The notes beneath the pieces are model-generated. The model saw only the letters and a list, made by a program, of their open reading frames with translations, had not been told where the DNA came from and made no database searches. From Patescibacteria group bacterium (lineage in GTDB: Bacteria > Patescibacteriota > Minisyncoccia > Phycocordibacterales > PALSA-1337): DNA of 64,000 bases. Of this stretch, positions 17,458 to 27,282 are shown one piece after another (the stretch's first letter is position 1; each line of letters opens with the position of its first letter). Location of the stretch: assembly GCA_038065395.1 (NCBI GenBank), contig JBBTRB010000003.1:85800-149799 (forward strand), given 5' to 3'. Position numbers and translations under genes: made by a program.

Positions 17458-18192
17458 CTATCCCCTCAACTCCAACATCACTCTCTCCACTGCCAATTCA
17501 GAATCCCTCATCCCTCGATGAGCGTCGTGATATATGACGACCAGCCGTTCGAGAAGTCCTGATAATTCTTCCTTGGAATAATTCTGTGCATGTTTTTTTG
17601 CCTTGGAAAAAACAAAAGGGCTCAAGCCTGATGCAGGAGCAGTCGAGGCACTCTGCGCGACGATCATCGACTTCACCTGCCAGAACAACGTACCGATAAT
17701 ACTCTCAGCTTCGATCCCCTGTTCGACTGCCTGACGATAGAGTGTCCATGACATGAGAGAGTTACGCGAGCCGAGTGCATCAGCGAGCGCAAAGATATTA
17801 AAAGTTTCTTTACTTGAATCTTGAATCTTGTCTCTTGAATCTCCTGTCTCTACTATTTTCTCTGCATATTTCTCGAATCCTTTCTTAAGCTCAGCGACAA
17901 CCTTGCCTTCCAGGATGATAAAAATATTCGTCGACTCTTTCATGAGCGGAAGCAGATCGACCAACTCTTCCTTAGCTGTCCGATCCTCTGTTACACGATC
18001 GAGAAAGACGATGTACTTACTAGAAAAAAGACCTTGGCCTCCGGTATTTTCTTCGACGGCTCCACGACTCCAGCTATCAGCATCGATCTTCACGAAAGAA
18101 GCATCAGGGCGTTTTGTGCGTAGTGAACTCACCAACGCATGAGCCTTGTCGACACTCGTCTGTGTATCTGTTCCATGGAAGACGTAAAGCAT
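17458..18192 (-). CDS. holA: DNA polymerase III delta subunit-like (short HolA)
   Basis: MLYVFHG.D, GLFSSKYIVFL, FNIFALADAL, LSPFVFSKAKK; contains a 7-mer repeat insert. Confidence 0.75.
   Translation of the reverse strand: MLYVFHGTDTQTSVDKAHALVSSLRTKRPDASFVKIDADSWSRGAVEENTGGQGLFSSKYIVFLDRVTEDRTAKEELVDLLPLMKESTNIFIILEGKVVAELKKGFEKYAEKIVETGDSRDKIQDSSKETFNIFALADALGSRNSLMSWTLYRQAVEQGIEAESIIGTLFWQVKSMIVAQSASTAPASGLSPFVFSKAKKHAQNYSKEELSGLLERLVVIYHDAHRGMRDSELAVERVMLELRG
17814..17841. repeat. Four tandem 7-mers (TTGAATC x3, TTGTCTC) in frame inside holA
   Basis: ttgaatc ttgaatc ttgtctc ttgaatc; encodes DSRDKIQDSS. Confidence 0.7.
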
Positions 18193-18195
18193 GTG

Positions 18196-20721
18196 TTATT
18201 TGAGATCTCCCCAATTCGCACCGACCGCCATCTCTGAGGTCAGTGTGATCCCTGCGATATCCTTGGGGTCAATGATCGATTCCATGATCGAGCGGATTTT
18301 CTCCCCTATTTCGTGTGCACGATCTTCGCGGATCTCATAGACCAGTTCGTCGTGCACCTGGAGTATCGGAAATGCCACATCAGTGAGACCTGCCTCCTTG
18401 AGCCAGCTGTCTACCTTGATCAATGCCAGCTTTACCACATCGGCTTCTGTCCCCTGGATCGGGGCATTGAAAGCCATGCGTTCGGCCTGTGCACGAATAT
18501 ACGGAATCTTGGAATTGATCCCCTCAAAATATCGACGACGACCAAAGAAGGTTTCTGTATACCCGGTACGAGCGGCGTCAGCCTTGACCTGGTCAATGTA
18601 TGCGGCGAGTGTAGAAAATGTCGCGAAATAATCATCCATGAATTTCTGAGCTTCGGCGCGATCGGTGCCGAGATTTTGTTTGAGCGCCATAACGCCCATG
18701 CCGTACAGGATGCCGAAGTTGATGACCTTGGCCTTGCGACGCATATCAGAAGTCACCTCGGTCAGTGGAACTTTGAATACCGAACTTGCAACCGACGTAT
18801 GGACATCTGTGCCATTTTTGAAAATATCGATCAACGTTTGATCCTTGGAGAGAAATGCTGCGATACGCAACTCGATCTGAGAATAGTCGAGTGACACCAG
18901 AGCAAAACCTTTCTCAGCTACGAACGCTTTGCGAATAGCTTTGCCCAGCTCGGACTTCACCGGGATATTTTGCAGATTCGGGTCGAGAGATGCCATACGA
19001 CCTGTCGTTGTCCCTGCGGGAATAAAGTCCGAATGCAGACGGTTGTTGCTATCGAGTTGTGGTGGGATAGCATCGATATAGGTAGAGAGGAGCTTTTGTA
19101 GTTCGCGATATTCGAAGATCATCGGAATGATCGGGTGCAGGTCACGGAGCTTCTCGAGTTCTGACTCACGTGTCGAACGTGCTCCCCCACTCGTCTTCTT
19201 CATGTTCTTGCCGACGAGTCCGAGCTTGTCGAACAGGATCTCACCGAGCTGTTTGGGTGAATTGATATTGAACTCAACCCCTGCGGCTGCAGTGATGTTT
19301 TTCTCCAAGAGTGCAAGTTCCTTGTGATATTTCTTGGAAAGATCTGCCAAGAATACTTTGTCGATCTTGACCCCACGCTCTTCCATCCGGTGCGTGATCG
19401 GGAGCAGGGGTAGCTCGAGTGTTTCGTATACGGTGCGGAGATTGCGCCTGTCGAGCTCTTCGAAGATCATTTTTTTGGCGACTTCATAGTCGTCAGTATT
19501 AGCGAAATTCAATATGTCTTCGAGTTGAGGATTGGTGGCATTGGAGTTTATGAGCCATAGTGCCACTCCGGTTTTCTCGATCTCTTCCTTGGAAACAAGA
19601 GGTGATTCTGCACCGCGGATCCCCGCCTGCGCGGGGATGACAGAAAATATGTCACCTTGCCCTCCCGTTTTGTCATCCCCGCGCAGGCGGGGATCTGCGC
19701 TCCCGACAGTAACTACACTCATTGCACTACTCTTCTTCCCTGCCAAGACATTTTCCAACCTTTGCCCGAGAGTTCGGAATTCCAACACATTCCACAACGC
19801 CTTTACCTTCTTGAGGTCAACGTTCTCTTTGAATGTCTTTTCTGGGAAGACGAAATCGATCGGTGCATCACGACGGATAGTCGCCAGCATCTTACTGAAC
19901 ATCGCCTCGTCTTTGTTATCTTTCAGGAGTTGTACGATACGTGGCGTGATCCCGGCTTTGATGAATGCATCTTCATGTCCTGCCTCAAGTTCCACATACA
20001 TATTCTCGAGTGTTCCGAATGAGGTGATGAGGATGGTCGCCGTCTTCTCGCCGACACCTTTGATCCCAGGAATATTGTCAGACGGATCGCCGCGAAGTCC
20101 TTTGTAGTCAGGGATGAGCTCTGGTCCAAAGCCAAATCTTTCCTGTACGGCTTTCTCGTCGTACATGATCGTATCTTTGATCCCCTTCTTGAGAGTGAAT
20201 ACTTTGACCTGCGTACCCGAGATCAGTTGCAACGTATCCATATCGCCAGAAGCGATGATGATCTCTAAATCTTCATCCGACCCGCGGATCCCCGCCTTCG
20301 CGGGGATGACAGGGTTCTTTTCCTCGCTTCCTGAATCTTGAATCATGAATCCCGCATTCTTGAGCTGCTCCACGATCGTCCCCAACATATCGTCAGCCTC
20401 AAAGCCTGCTTTGTCATAGATGGGAATATTGAGAGCCTCGAATACTTGCCGAGACGTATTGAGCTGACGGATCAGAGCATCATCGGTCTTTTGTCTACCC
20501 GCTTTGTATTCTTTGAAGACTTCATGTCGATGAGTCGGCCCTGCCAAGTCGTACGCAGCCACTATATAGTCTGGTTTGAGATCCTCAATGGTCTTGATCA
20601 GCATCGTTGAGAGTCCATATAGAGCTCCTGTCGGTTCGCCTTGTGCAGTCGAAAAGTCTGGCAATGCATGATATGCACGATGCAATATGGCATGCGAGTC
20701 GAGCAAAATGAGTCTTTTCAT
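18196..20721 (-). CDS. polA: DNA polymerase I (5'-3' exonuclease plus polymerase domain; proofreading domain reduced)
   Basis: LILLDSHAILHRAYHA, GFEADD, GDPSDNIPG, DYSQIELR, RRKAKVINFGILYG, QVHDEL. Confidence 0.96.
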   Translation of the reverse strand: MKRLILLDSHAILHRAYHALPDFSTAQGEPTGALYGLSTMLIKTIEDLKPDYIVAAYDLAGPTHRHEVFKEYKAGRQKTDDALIRQLNTSRQVFEALNIPIYDKAGFEADDMLGTIVEQLKNAGFMIQDSGSEEKNPVIPAKAGIRGSDEDLEIIIASGDMDTLQLISGTQVKVFTLKKGIKDTIMYDEKAVQERFGFGPELIPDYKGLRGDPSDNIPGIKGVGEKTATILITSFGTLENMYVELEAGHEDAFIKAGITPRIVQLLKDNKDEAMFSKMLATIRRDAPIDFVFPEKTFKENVDLKKVKALWNVLEFRTLGQRLENVLAGKKSSAMSVVTVGSADPRLRGDDKTGGQGDIFSVIPAQAGIRGAESPLVSKEEIEKTGVALWLINSNATNPQLEDILNFANTDDYEVAKKMIFEELDRRNLRTVYETLELPLLPITHRMEERGVKIDKVFLADLSKKYHKELALLEKNITAAAGVEFNINSPKQLGEILFDKLGLVGKNMKKTSGGARSTRESELEKLRDLHPIIPMIFEYRELQKLLSTYIDAIPPQLDSNNRLHSDFIPAGTTTGRMASLDPNLQNIPVKSELGKAIRKAFVAEKGFALVSLDYSQIELRIAAFLSKDQTLIDIFKNGTDVHTSVASSVFKVPLTEVTSDMRRKAKVINFGILYGMGVMALKQNLGTDRAEAQKFMDDYFATFSTLAAYIDQVKADAARTGYTETFFGRRRYFEGINSKIPYIRAQAERMAFNAPIQGTEADVVKLALIKVDSWLKEAGLTDVAFPILQVHDELVYEIREDRAHEIGEKIRSIMESIIDPKDIAGITLTSEMAVGANWGDLK
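19617..19695. repeat. Back-to-back pair of GIY-YIG-type palindromes in frame inside polA
   Basis: GGATCCCCGCCTGCGCGGGGATGACA (19617-19642) and TGTCATCCCCGCGCAGGCGGGGATC (19671-19695); encode DPRLRGDD and VIPAQAGI. Confidence 0.85.
20286..20351. repeat. Single GIY-YIG-type palindrome plus 3x 7-mer repeat in frame inside the polA exonuclease domain
   Basis: GGATCCCCGCCTTCGCGGGGATGACA (20286-20311, VIPAKAGI) and ctgaatc ttgaatc atgaatc (20331-20351, FMIQDS). Confidence 0.85.
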
Positions 20722-20798
20722 AGAGCTATTGTACTCTCTGTTGTGAGTAATTCACAGATCTTCACAAAGATCGATCGATATCGTGTTAAAATATCCGC

Positions 20799-21095
20799 AT
20801 GCCAACGAACACATATCTCAATCCACAAATTTTCCCTTCACAAAAAGATCTCAAACCTGCCGACCATCATCGTATCCTCTATAGTGCCGTAGCCATCCTC
20901 CTCTGTGCCACTATCGTCGGGAGTGTGTACTGATGGAGAATACCTGGAGACAAACCTCCGGAAGAACCGGTCAATCTTCGCGCAGAAGCCGTCGCCAGAC
21001 TCAGAAATACATCATCTATCCAACCCATTAGCACCTCAACATCAGAAGCTCGAGCCCGTTCAATAGAAAGATTACGTTTACAAAGTAACAATTAA
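20799..21095 (+). pseudogene. Small single-TM protein interrupted by in-frame TGA at 20931
   Basis: MPTNTYLNPQ...ILYSAVAILLCATIVGSVY*WRIPGDKPPEEPVNLRAEAVARLR...SNN*; frame continues 53 codons past the TGA. Confidence 0.5.
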
Positions 21096-21106
21096 TATCA
21101 ACTAAT

Positions 21107-21961
21107 ATGAATAAAAACTTTACTCTTCGAAAGGTTGCCTCGGTTGTCGGTTTGATGGGAGGAGCTTTTGCACTCAGTGTCGCCGCTCAGACAGTTCCTT
21201 GGACAGCGGCTCCGTCATCTCCACCAAACTGTAACCTCCCTGGATGTAACGCCCCTCTCAATACAGGTACGGGCGCTCAAATCAAACAAGGCGACTTATC
21301 AATTGGGCTTGATGATACCTATAATCCAACAATTAATGGTGGCTTGATTTTTACAAAGGGCCTTTTAGTCCTTAGTGATGCCTTCTATTTCAACCCTGAT
21401 CCTAATGTAACAATCGCACCCGGATCTGTCCTAACTACTCCGTCTGGCGATGGGACGATATCATGGCAAGCACCCGCTGGTGCGACCGCCAGCGGTGTTC
21501 GAGTATATGATTCTCCTGGTATCTGGACAGTTCCTGCTGGTGTGACCAAGGTCAATGTAGAGGTATGGAGTGCAGGACAAACCAATGGTCGCTCTGGCGG
21601 ATATGCTTACAAGCATGCCATACCAGTAACTCCAGGCGGTACGCAAACCATTGTCGTTGGTACAAATGCAGCTCCTGCCTCATGGTTCGGTGGTGCCTCA
21701 TATGGAGCTTCTGCTGCCGGAGTTGCTGCAGATGGTCTATCAGGAAGAGGTGACTACACGATACAAGGCAGTCGTGGATTCGGAGGATACGCCAACGGCA
21801 ACGGTGGTGATGCGCCTCGTGGCGGATCTGGTGCCAAAGTAGAAGGAAATGCACCTGGCACATGCTACCCAGCACGTATTCCTGGAGGCGGTGGAGGTGG
21901 TGCTCCGTGTTTCAATGGCGACGAAAAAGGTGCTAACGGTCGCGTCATTATCTGGTACTAG
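21107..21961 (+). CDS. Secreted glycine-rich surface protein (fibre/adhesin-like)
   Basis: Signal peptide, WTAAPSSPP..N..APLNTG...QIKQG, then WTVPAGVTKVNVEVWSAG...PGGGGGG...GANGRVIIWY glycine-rich domain. Confidence 0.7.
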   Translation: MNKNFTLRKVASVVGLMGGAFALSVAAQTVPWTAAPSSPPNCNLPGCNAPLNTGTGAQIKQGDLSIGLDDTYNPTINGGLIFTKGLLVLSDAFYFNPDPNVTIAPGSVLTTPSGDGTISWQAPAGATASGVRVYDSPGIWTVPAGVTKVNVEVWSAGQTNGRSGGYAYKHAIPVTPGGTQTIVVGTNAAPASWFGGASYGASAAGVAADGLSGRGDYTIQGSRGFGGYANGNGGDAPRGGSGAKVEGNAPGTCYPARIPGGGGGGAPCFNGDEKGANGRVIIWY

Positions 21962-21984
21962 ACCTTTTCTCAAAGAGAATTTGT

Positions 21985-22017
21985 AAAAATCCCCAGAAGT
22001 TATCATGGGGATTTTTT
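21985..22017. terminator. Bidirectional terminator between convergent genes
   Basis: AAAAATCCCCA...TGGGGATTTTTT. Confidence 0.7.
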
Positions 22018-22053
22018 GTTACATAGATACTATTTCAATGCCACTACAATAGA

Positions 22054-22497
22054 TCACTGTACCGAGATCCTATGCACCCCCTCCTTTATTTCAAAAGAAA
22101 GCTGCGCGTGCAGGACGAACTCCTTCAAGCCCACATTCTCCGGCCATTCTATCAAGATCAGATTGTGCCGATCAGCGATGAGTTGTTCCCACTTCAACAC
22201 TTCGAGCTCTTCCCTCCTCTCTAGTCTGTAGGCATCGATATGGACGAGTCGCTTCCATTGACCCTGACTGATATCGTACAACTTCATGATCACAAACGTC
22301 GGACTAGTAACGTCTCCGCTGATGCCCAGATGTTTCGCCACAGCTTTCACAAAAGCGGTTTTTCCCGCTCCGAGATGTCCAGAGAGTCCAACAACGAGCG
22401 CTTCGTCTCTCTCACCGTATTTCGCCGAGATATCCGTGAGCCACTGCCCTGCAATGTCATGCGTCTCATCGAGTGAATGTGAGGTGTAGGATTTCAT
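22054..22497 (-). CDS. tsaE: tRNA threonylcarbamoyladenosine biosynthesis ATPase TsaE
   Basis: LSGHLGAGKT, VTSPTF, HIDAYRL, IEWPE. Confidence 0.95.
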   Translation of the reverse strand: MKSYTSHSLDETHDIAGQWLTDISAKYGERDEALVVGLSGHLGAGKTAFVKAVAKHLGISGDVTSPTFVIMKLYDISQGQWKRLVHIDAYRLERREELEVLKWEQLIADRHNLILIEWPENVGLKEFVLHAQLSFEIKEGVHRISVQ

Positions 22498-22547
22498 GGA
22501 AGAAATATAGCACAAAGCCTGCCGAACCCTAGGGTAGACCTAGGGAC

Positions 22548-22583
22548 AAAAAACAGCCCCGCCTTCCGAAGAAAGTGGGGCCG
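22548..22583 (-). terminator. Rho-independent terminator after 22600..23160
   Basis: On minus strand CGGCCCCACTTTC-ttc-GGAAGGCGGGGCTG followed by TTTTTT. Confidence 0.65.
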
Positions 22584-22599
22584 TGTGATATAGAACTGC

Positions 22600-23160
22600 T
22601 CACCTCGATAGGTGAGGTTGCCAACCAGAACGAGGAGGTGGCTGACCGGGTAGATGTGGCGACTTGTAAGTATTGCCGCGGTGCCCTCCATGCGATGAGG
22701 TGCCGTAGGCCTCCTGTGTATTTTTCCAATGCTGATCCTGATAGTTGGCAGGAGTGACGATGACTTCGATCTCTGATGAGGTTGAGAAGACTGGCTGGGA
22801 TCGGCGTTGTTCACGTTCCCTCACCCACCAGGGTTCGGAACTGACATAACCACCCATTGCTGCTTCGGTCGCAACTGCTGCTGCCCATGGATTGCCTCGC
22901 GGATGAACCGATGAACCGTAAGCTGGATCGACGGTACTGAAGCGCTGGTAACTACCATAACCACGATAGTCTCCGGCGAACACCGTCGTGTCACCCCCCA
23001 CCCCGAGTAGTCCGATACCGACTTTGAAGGAAGTGTCACTGAACTTCTCGGCACCACAGGCAGTGACTTCACGATGAACGTTCTTGCGTTCAACATGTGC
23101 ACAACCTGTACTGAACATCGCCATGAGCGCGATACCGAGGATATAGATATATGTTTTCAA
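22600..23160 (-). CDS. Hypothetical lipoprotein-like protein with low-complexity C-terminus
   Basis: MKTYIYILGIALMAMFSTG-C lipobox-like signal. Confidence 0.55.
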   Translation of the reverse strand: MKTYIYILGIALMAMFSTGCAHVERKNVHREVTACGAEKFSDTSFKVGIGLLGVGGDTTVFAGDYRGYGSYQRFSTVDPAYGSSVHPRGNPWAAAVATEAAMGGYVSSEPWWVREREQRRSQPVFSTSSEIEVIVTPANYQDQHWKNTQEAYGTSSHGGHRGNTYKSPHLPGQPPPRSGWQPHLSR

Positions 23161-23296
23161 GTAGCAAACCTTTCGTTATGTCCCAACACGTTGTCAGGAC
23201 TATGGGTATATTATAGCATGTTTTATGTGTACAAGTCAATACCCTCTCCGAATAGTGAGCGTATCGCTCGTATTCTTGATATACTTAGACGCACAT

Positions 23297-24970
23297 ATGA
23301 CACTCGTATTCGATGAAGACAAGCAGAATCGCAAACTCAACGATCTTTTGCACAAAGAAGAAGAAGACCTCGTACAGATGCTCGGGGGCAAATACAACGT
23401 CGAATACGTGAACCTCCTCGTCACCCCGATCAGTACCGACGCCCTACGCCTCGTCGAAGAAAAGGCCGCTCGAGATGCCCAGGTCGCCCCGTATGCCCTC
23501 ATCAACAAACGAGTCAAAGTCGCCGCTCGCAACCCTACCGACCCCAAGACTCTAGTAGTCCTCGAGGCTATTCGGGCCAAGAAATACGAACCTGAGCTCC
23601 ATATCACCTCTACCCAAAGCCTGGAGAAGGCCTGGAAGATGTACAAAGACCTTTCGTTCGCCTACGAGAGCAAGGCTGGCTCACTCGAAATATCGAGCGA
23701 GGACATCTCCTCTATCATCGAACAGGCCAAAAGTCTTCCCGAGGTTATCGCTATCCTCGAAAGTGCAACCTCCAACAAGAAGAGTTACCGTGTATCACGT
23801 ATCCTCGAGACCGTAGTGGCTGGAGCCCTTTCGATCGGTGCATCTGACATTCATTTTGAACCAGAAGAGTCTTACATTCGTTTGCGTTATCGTCTCGACG
23901 GTGTGCTCCAGGACGTCATGCGTTTCGATATAGAGACCTATGCCCTACTCCTCTCGAGACTCAAACTTATTTCAGGGATGAAGCTCAATATCAAGAAAGA
24001 CTCTCAGGACGGACGCTTCAGTATCAAACTCGCGATCGGTGATGTCGAAGTCCGCGCATCGATCCTCCCTGGTGCCTACAACGAGTCGGTCGTGTTGCGC
24101 CTCCTCAACCCAACGTCCATCGACGTACCACTGGAGAGTCTCGGTATCCACGAAAAGCTTCTCAAGATCATCATGACCGAGATCACTCGTCCCGACGGCA
24201 TGATATTGACCACTGGTCCAACAGGCTCGGGCAAGACCACGACTCTGTATTCATTCATAAAAAAGGTTCACTCTTCTGACGTGAAGATCATCACCATCGA
24301 AGACCCGATCGAGTATCACCTCCCTGGCATCGTCCAGACTCAGGTCAACGACAAAGGCTATACGTTCCTCGAGGGACTTCGTGCGGCGGTGCGTCAAGAT
24401 CCGGACATCATCATGATCGGTGAGATCCGTGACAACGAGACTGCCGGCATCGCCGTCAACTCTGCTCTGACCGGACACCTGGTCTTCTCGACACTTCATA
24501 CCAATGACGCCGCAGGCACCTTCCCTCGTCTCTCAGATCTCGGCATTAACTCGACCATCCTCCCTTCTGCCCTGCGCGTATCGATGGCACAACGTCTGAT
24601 GCGTCGTCTCTGTAATACCTGCAAAAAAGAAACGTCTCCTACAGGAGACGCACAAAAACACATCGAGGAGGTACTAGCCTCGATTGTCGACAGAACCCTT
24701 CTCCCGAAAGATCTTTCGAGGATGTGGGTTGCTGTCGGCTGCCCGGCCTGCAACAACACCGGATACAAAGGACGTATCGGTGTCTACGAAGCGATCCTCA
24801 TGGATCAGAGTGTCGAAAAAGCCGTCCAGTCCGGAGCCAGTGACCGAGATATCTGGGAAGTAGCGAAATCTCAAGGTATTCTCACTATGAAGCAGGATGG
24901 TGTATTGAAAATATTGAAAGGAATCACCTCCCTCGACGAGCTGGAGCGAGTGATTTCATTACGAGATTAG
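23297..24970 (+). CDS. pilB: Type IV pilus/T2SS assembly ATPase PilB/GspE
   Basis: ASDIHFEP, QDGRF, GPTGSGKTTTLY, IEDPIEY, RQDPDIIMIGEIRD, TGHLVFSTLHTN, CxxC...CxxC. Confidence 0.9.
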   Translation: MTLVFDEDKQNRKLNDLLHKEEEDLVQMLGGKYNVEYVNLLVTPISTDALRLVEEKAARDAQVAPYALINKRVKVAARNPTDPKTLVVLEAIRAKKYEPELHITSTQSLEKAWKMYKDLSFAYESKAGSLEISSEDISSIIEQAKSLPEVIAILESATSNKKSYRVSRILETVVAGALSIGASDIHFEPEESYIRLRYRLDGVLQDVMRFDIETYALLLSRLKLISGMKLNIKKDSQDGRFSIKLAIGDVEVRASILPGAYNESVVLRLLNPTSIDVPLESLGIHEKLLKIIMTEITRPDGMILTTGPTGSGKTTTLYSFIKKVHSSDVKIITIEDPIEYHLPGIVQTQVNDKGYTFLEGLRAAVRQDPDIIMIGEIRDNETAGIAVNSALTGHLVFSTLHTNDAAGTFPRLSDLGINSTILPSALRVSMAQRLMRRLCNTCKKETSPTGDAQKHIEEVLASIVDRTLLPKDLSRMWVAVGCPACNNTGYKGRIGVYEAILMDQSVEKAVQSGASDRDIWEVAKSQGILTMKQDGVLKILKGITSLDELERVISLRD

Positions 24971-25285
24971 GAGGTCTTCGTTAAGACAGACCTTGGATAG
25001 TGGTGTCAATTGATTTTTCGCTGTGTATAGCGCTAGGATGATATGCAGATATCGAGGGAAAAGAGTGACGATAGCATTTCAAGCTCATGGATCTCTAAGC
25101 AATATCTTATCGCGCGATGCGTTAAGCGAGGTAGAGTCCCGAGGATGGTTTCAGTACGGATCGCCGAAGCGAAACAACCAAAACGTCCTTAGAACTATAC
25201 CCAAACCTGGGAAGGCCATTGCTTAGAGGTTCATGATCTCAAATCGAAAGAGCACAGTGTAAGATCCTATCATATATAAAACTGT

Positions 25286-26296
25286 ATGTCAAGCACGTCC
25301 TCACAACCCTTACAGGAGACGAAGGAGGCGGGTTTTCTAGACCAGACCCTGCGTCCTTCGCGCTGGGACGAGTATATTGGGCAAAGTACGATCAAAGACA
25401 ACCTCCATATCCTCCTGACTGCCGCCAAAGAACGCGAACATCCCCCTGAACATATCCTTTTTTATGGTCCTCCAGGACTTGGCAAGACCACACTGGCACA
25501 CCTTATCGCCAAAGAAACCCAAACTCAGATCAAAGTCACTTCCGGTCCCGCTATCGTCAAAGTCGGCGATCTTGCATCTATCCTCACCAACCTCTCTGCA
25601 GGTGACATCCTCTTTATCGACGAGATCCACCGTCTCAACAAAGCCATAGAAGAAGTCCTCTACCCTGCTATGGAGTCGGGTGTACTCGATATCATCATCG
25701 GCAAGGGCCCTTCTGCACGTACGATCCAGCTCGACCTGCCAGCTTTCACCCTGATCGCGGCCACTACTCGTATCGCTATGATCTCTGCGCCATTGCGTTC
25801 GAGATTCTCTGGTGGCGTGTTCAAGCTCGAGTTCTATACCAATGAAGAGATCGGCAAGATCATCAAACGCTCTGCCAAGATCCTCGGTATCGAGATCCAC
25901 GAAGACGCCGTACATGAGATCGCCACTCGTTCCCGTTTCACCCCACGTACAGCCAACTATCATCTCAAGCGTTGTCGTGACTATGCACAGATCCACAAGG
26001 TTCCCCTGTCACGCGAAGTCGTCGAGAAGGCCTTGGCGATGCTCGGTGTAGATACCATGGGACTGACTGCTGCTGACCGTGAGATCCTCAAGGTGATCAT
26101 TACGAAGTTTGGTGGTGGTCCTGTCGGTCTCAACACGATCGCTGCGGCACTTTCGGAAGAACAAGCCACTGTCGAAGAGGTCTACGAGCCATACCTGATC
26201 CAACTCGGCCTCCTCGAACGCACTCCCCGTGGACGTATCGCTACTGACAAGGCTTATGCGCATCTGGGTGAAAAAGGTTCAGCGAAGTTGTTGTGA
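25286..26296 (+). CDS. ruvB: Holliday junction branch migration helicase RuvB
   Basis: [42 protein letters not shown]. Confidence 0.97.
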   Translation: MSSTSSQPLQETKEAGFLDQTLRPSRWDEYIGQSTIKDNLHILLTAAKEREHPPEHILFYGPPGLGKTTLAHLIAKETQTQIKVTSGPAIVKVGDLASILTNLSAGDILFIDEIHRLNKAIEEVLYPAMESGVLDIIIGKGPSARTIQLDLPAFTLIAATTRIAMISAPLRSRFSGGVFKLEFYTNEEIGKIIKRSAKILGIEIHEDAVHEIATRSRFTPRTANYHLKRCRDYAQIHKVPLSREVVEKALAMLGVDTMGLTAADREILKVIITKFGGGPVGLNTIAAALSEEQATVEEVYEPYLIQLGLLERTPRGRIATDKAYAHLGEKGSAKLL

Positions 26297-26649
26297 GGCA
26301 CATTCTTAAAGTGGGGTATTGGTTTTGATTTCATATAATCGATTGGGAAATTATTAGTGTTCGAGACCTGGCAGGCACCCTTAGTATACGCTTACATCTT
26401 CTCAGAAGAAACTCATGTGAAGTGGGGCGCTTTTCTCAGAAAGAAAGGTTGTTAATCATGACGACATGTCTTTTTTCACATTTCGTGAAAACACCCCAAA
26501 GTGACGGAAAACCCGTCACTTTGACCTATATGGAGAAAGTCGAAAAACGACACCTCCCACACCTACCATTTTCCCTTCTTTTCTATTTGAATGCGATTGT
26601 ATTTTCATGCAAAATCAGATACATTTTGTGTACTAATTATACAGAGCAT

Positions 26650-27180
26650 ATGGCCGGCCATAACAAATACTCAAAGATCAAACATATCAAAGCCAAGAAC
26701 GACGCTCAAAAAAGCAAAGCGTTCGGCAAGCTCGTGCGTCTCATATCGGTAGAAGCCAAGAAGTCGGGAGGCAACCTCTCTTCCCCGAGTCTAGCTACTG
26801 CCATCGAGAAAGCTCGCAAAGAGAACATGCCCAATGACACCATCGACCGAGCGATCAAAAAGGCCACGACCGACAACAGCGCCGCCATGGAAGCCATCCT
26901 CTACGAAGCCTACGGCCCAGGCGGAGTAGCGATCCTGATAAGCACCCTGACCGACAACCGCAACAAAACCGCCCAAGAGATCAAGCATATTCTCTCGCTT
27001 AACGAAACTGCTCTTGCCGCACAAGGAAGCGCTGCATGGGCTTTCACCAAGAGCAACGAAGGCTGGGAACCGACCATGACCACCCCACTCGAAGACACAG
27101 ATATAGAAAAGCTCACCAAACTCGTAGAAGATCTGGAGAACCACGACGACGTGCAAGATGTGTATACAAACGCGGAATAA
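26650..27180 (+). CDS. yebC: YebC/PmpR family protein (shortened, 176 aa)
   Basis: MAGHNKYSKIKH, YEAYGPGGVA, TDNRNKT, DDVQDVYTN. Confidence 0.92.
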   Translation: MAGHNKYSKIKHIKAKNDAQKSKAFGKLVRLISVEAKKSGGNLSSPSLATAIEKARKENMPNDTIDRAIKKATTDNSAAMEAILYEAYGPGGVAILISTLTDNRNKTAQEIKHILSLNETALAAQGSAAWAFTKSNEGWEPTMTTPLEDTDIEKLTKLVEDLENHDDVQDVYTNAE

Positions 27181-27282
27181 GTTCAACATTCAACTATTCA
27201 ACCATCACACCATTGAAAGATTCGTGTTTCTTGTTGTTGAATAGTTATATTGTTCAATAGTTAAATATGCTACATTTCTCAG

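Noticed and set aside
20931-20933. Alternative genetic code (TGA=Gly/Trp as in Gracilibacteria/Absconditabacteria)
   Set aside because: Conserved genes (ruvA, ruvB, ruvC) end at TGA at the expected length and no conserved gene shows internal TGA.
24971-25285. pilB-ruvB intergenic region (and 26297-26649) as ncRNA or small gene
   Set aside because: No convincing stems, conserved RNA motifs or coding signal seen by eye.
25337-25996. Long antisense/alternate-frame ORFs (e.g. 25337..25996, 29446..30114, 18313..18894, 50021..50584)
   Set aside because: They shadow well-conserved genes on the other strand or frame and show no motifs; explained by codon bias.
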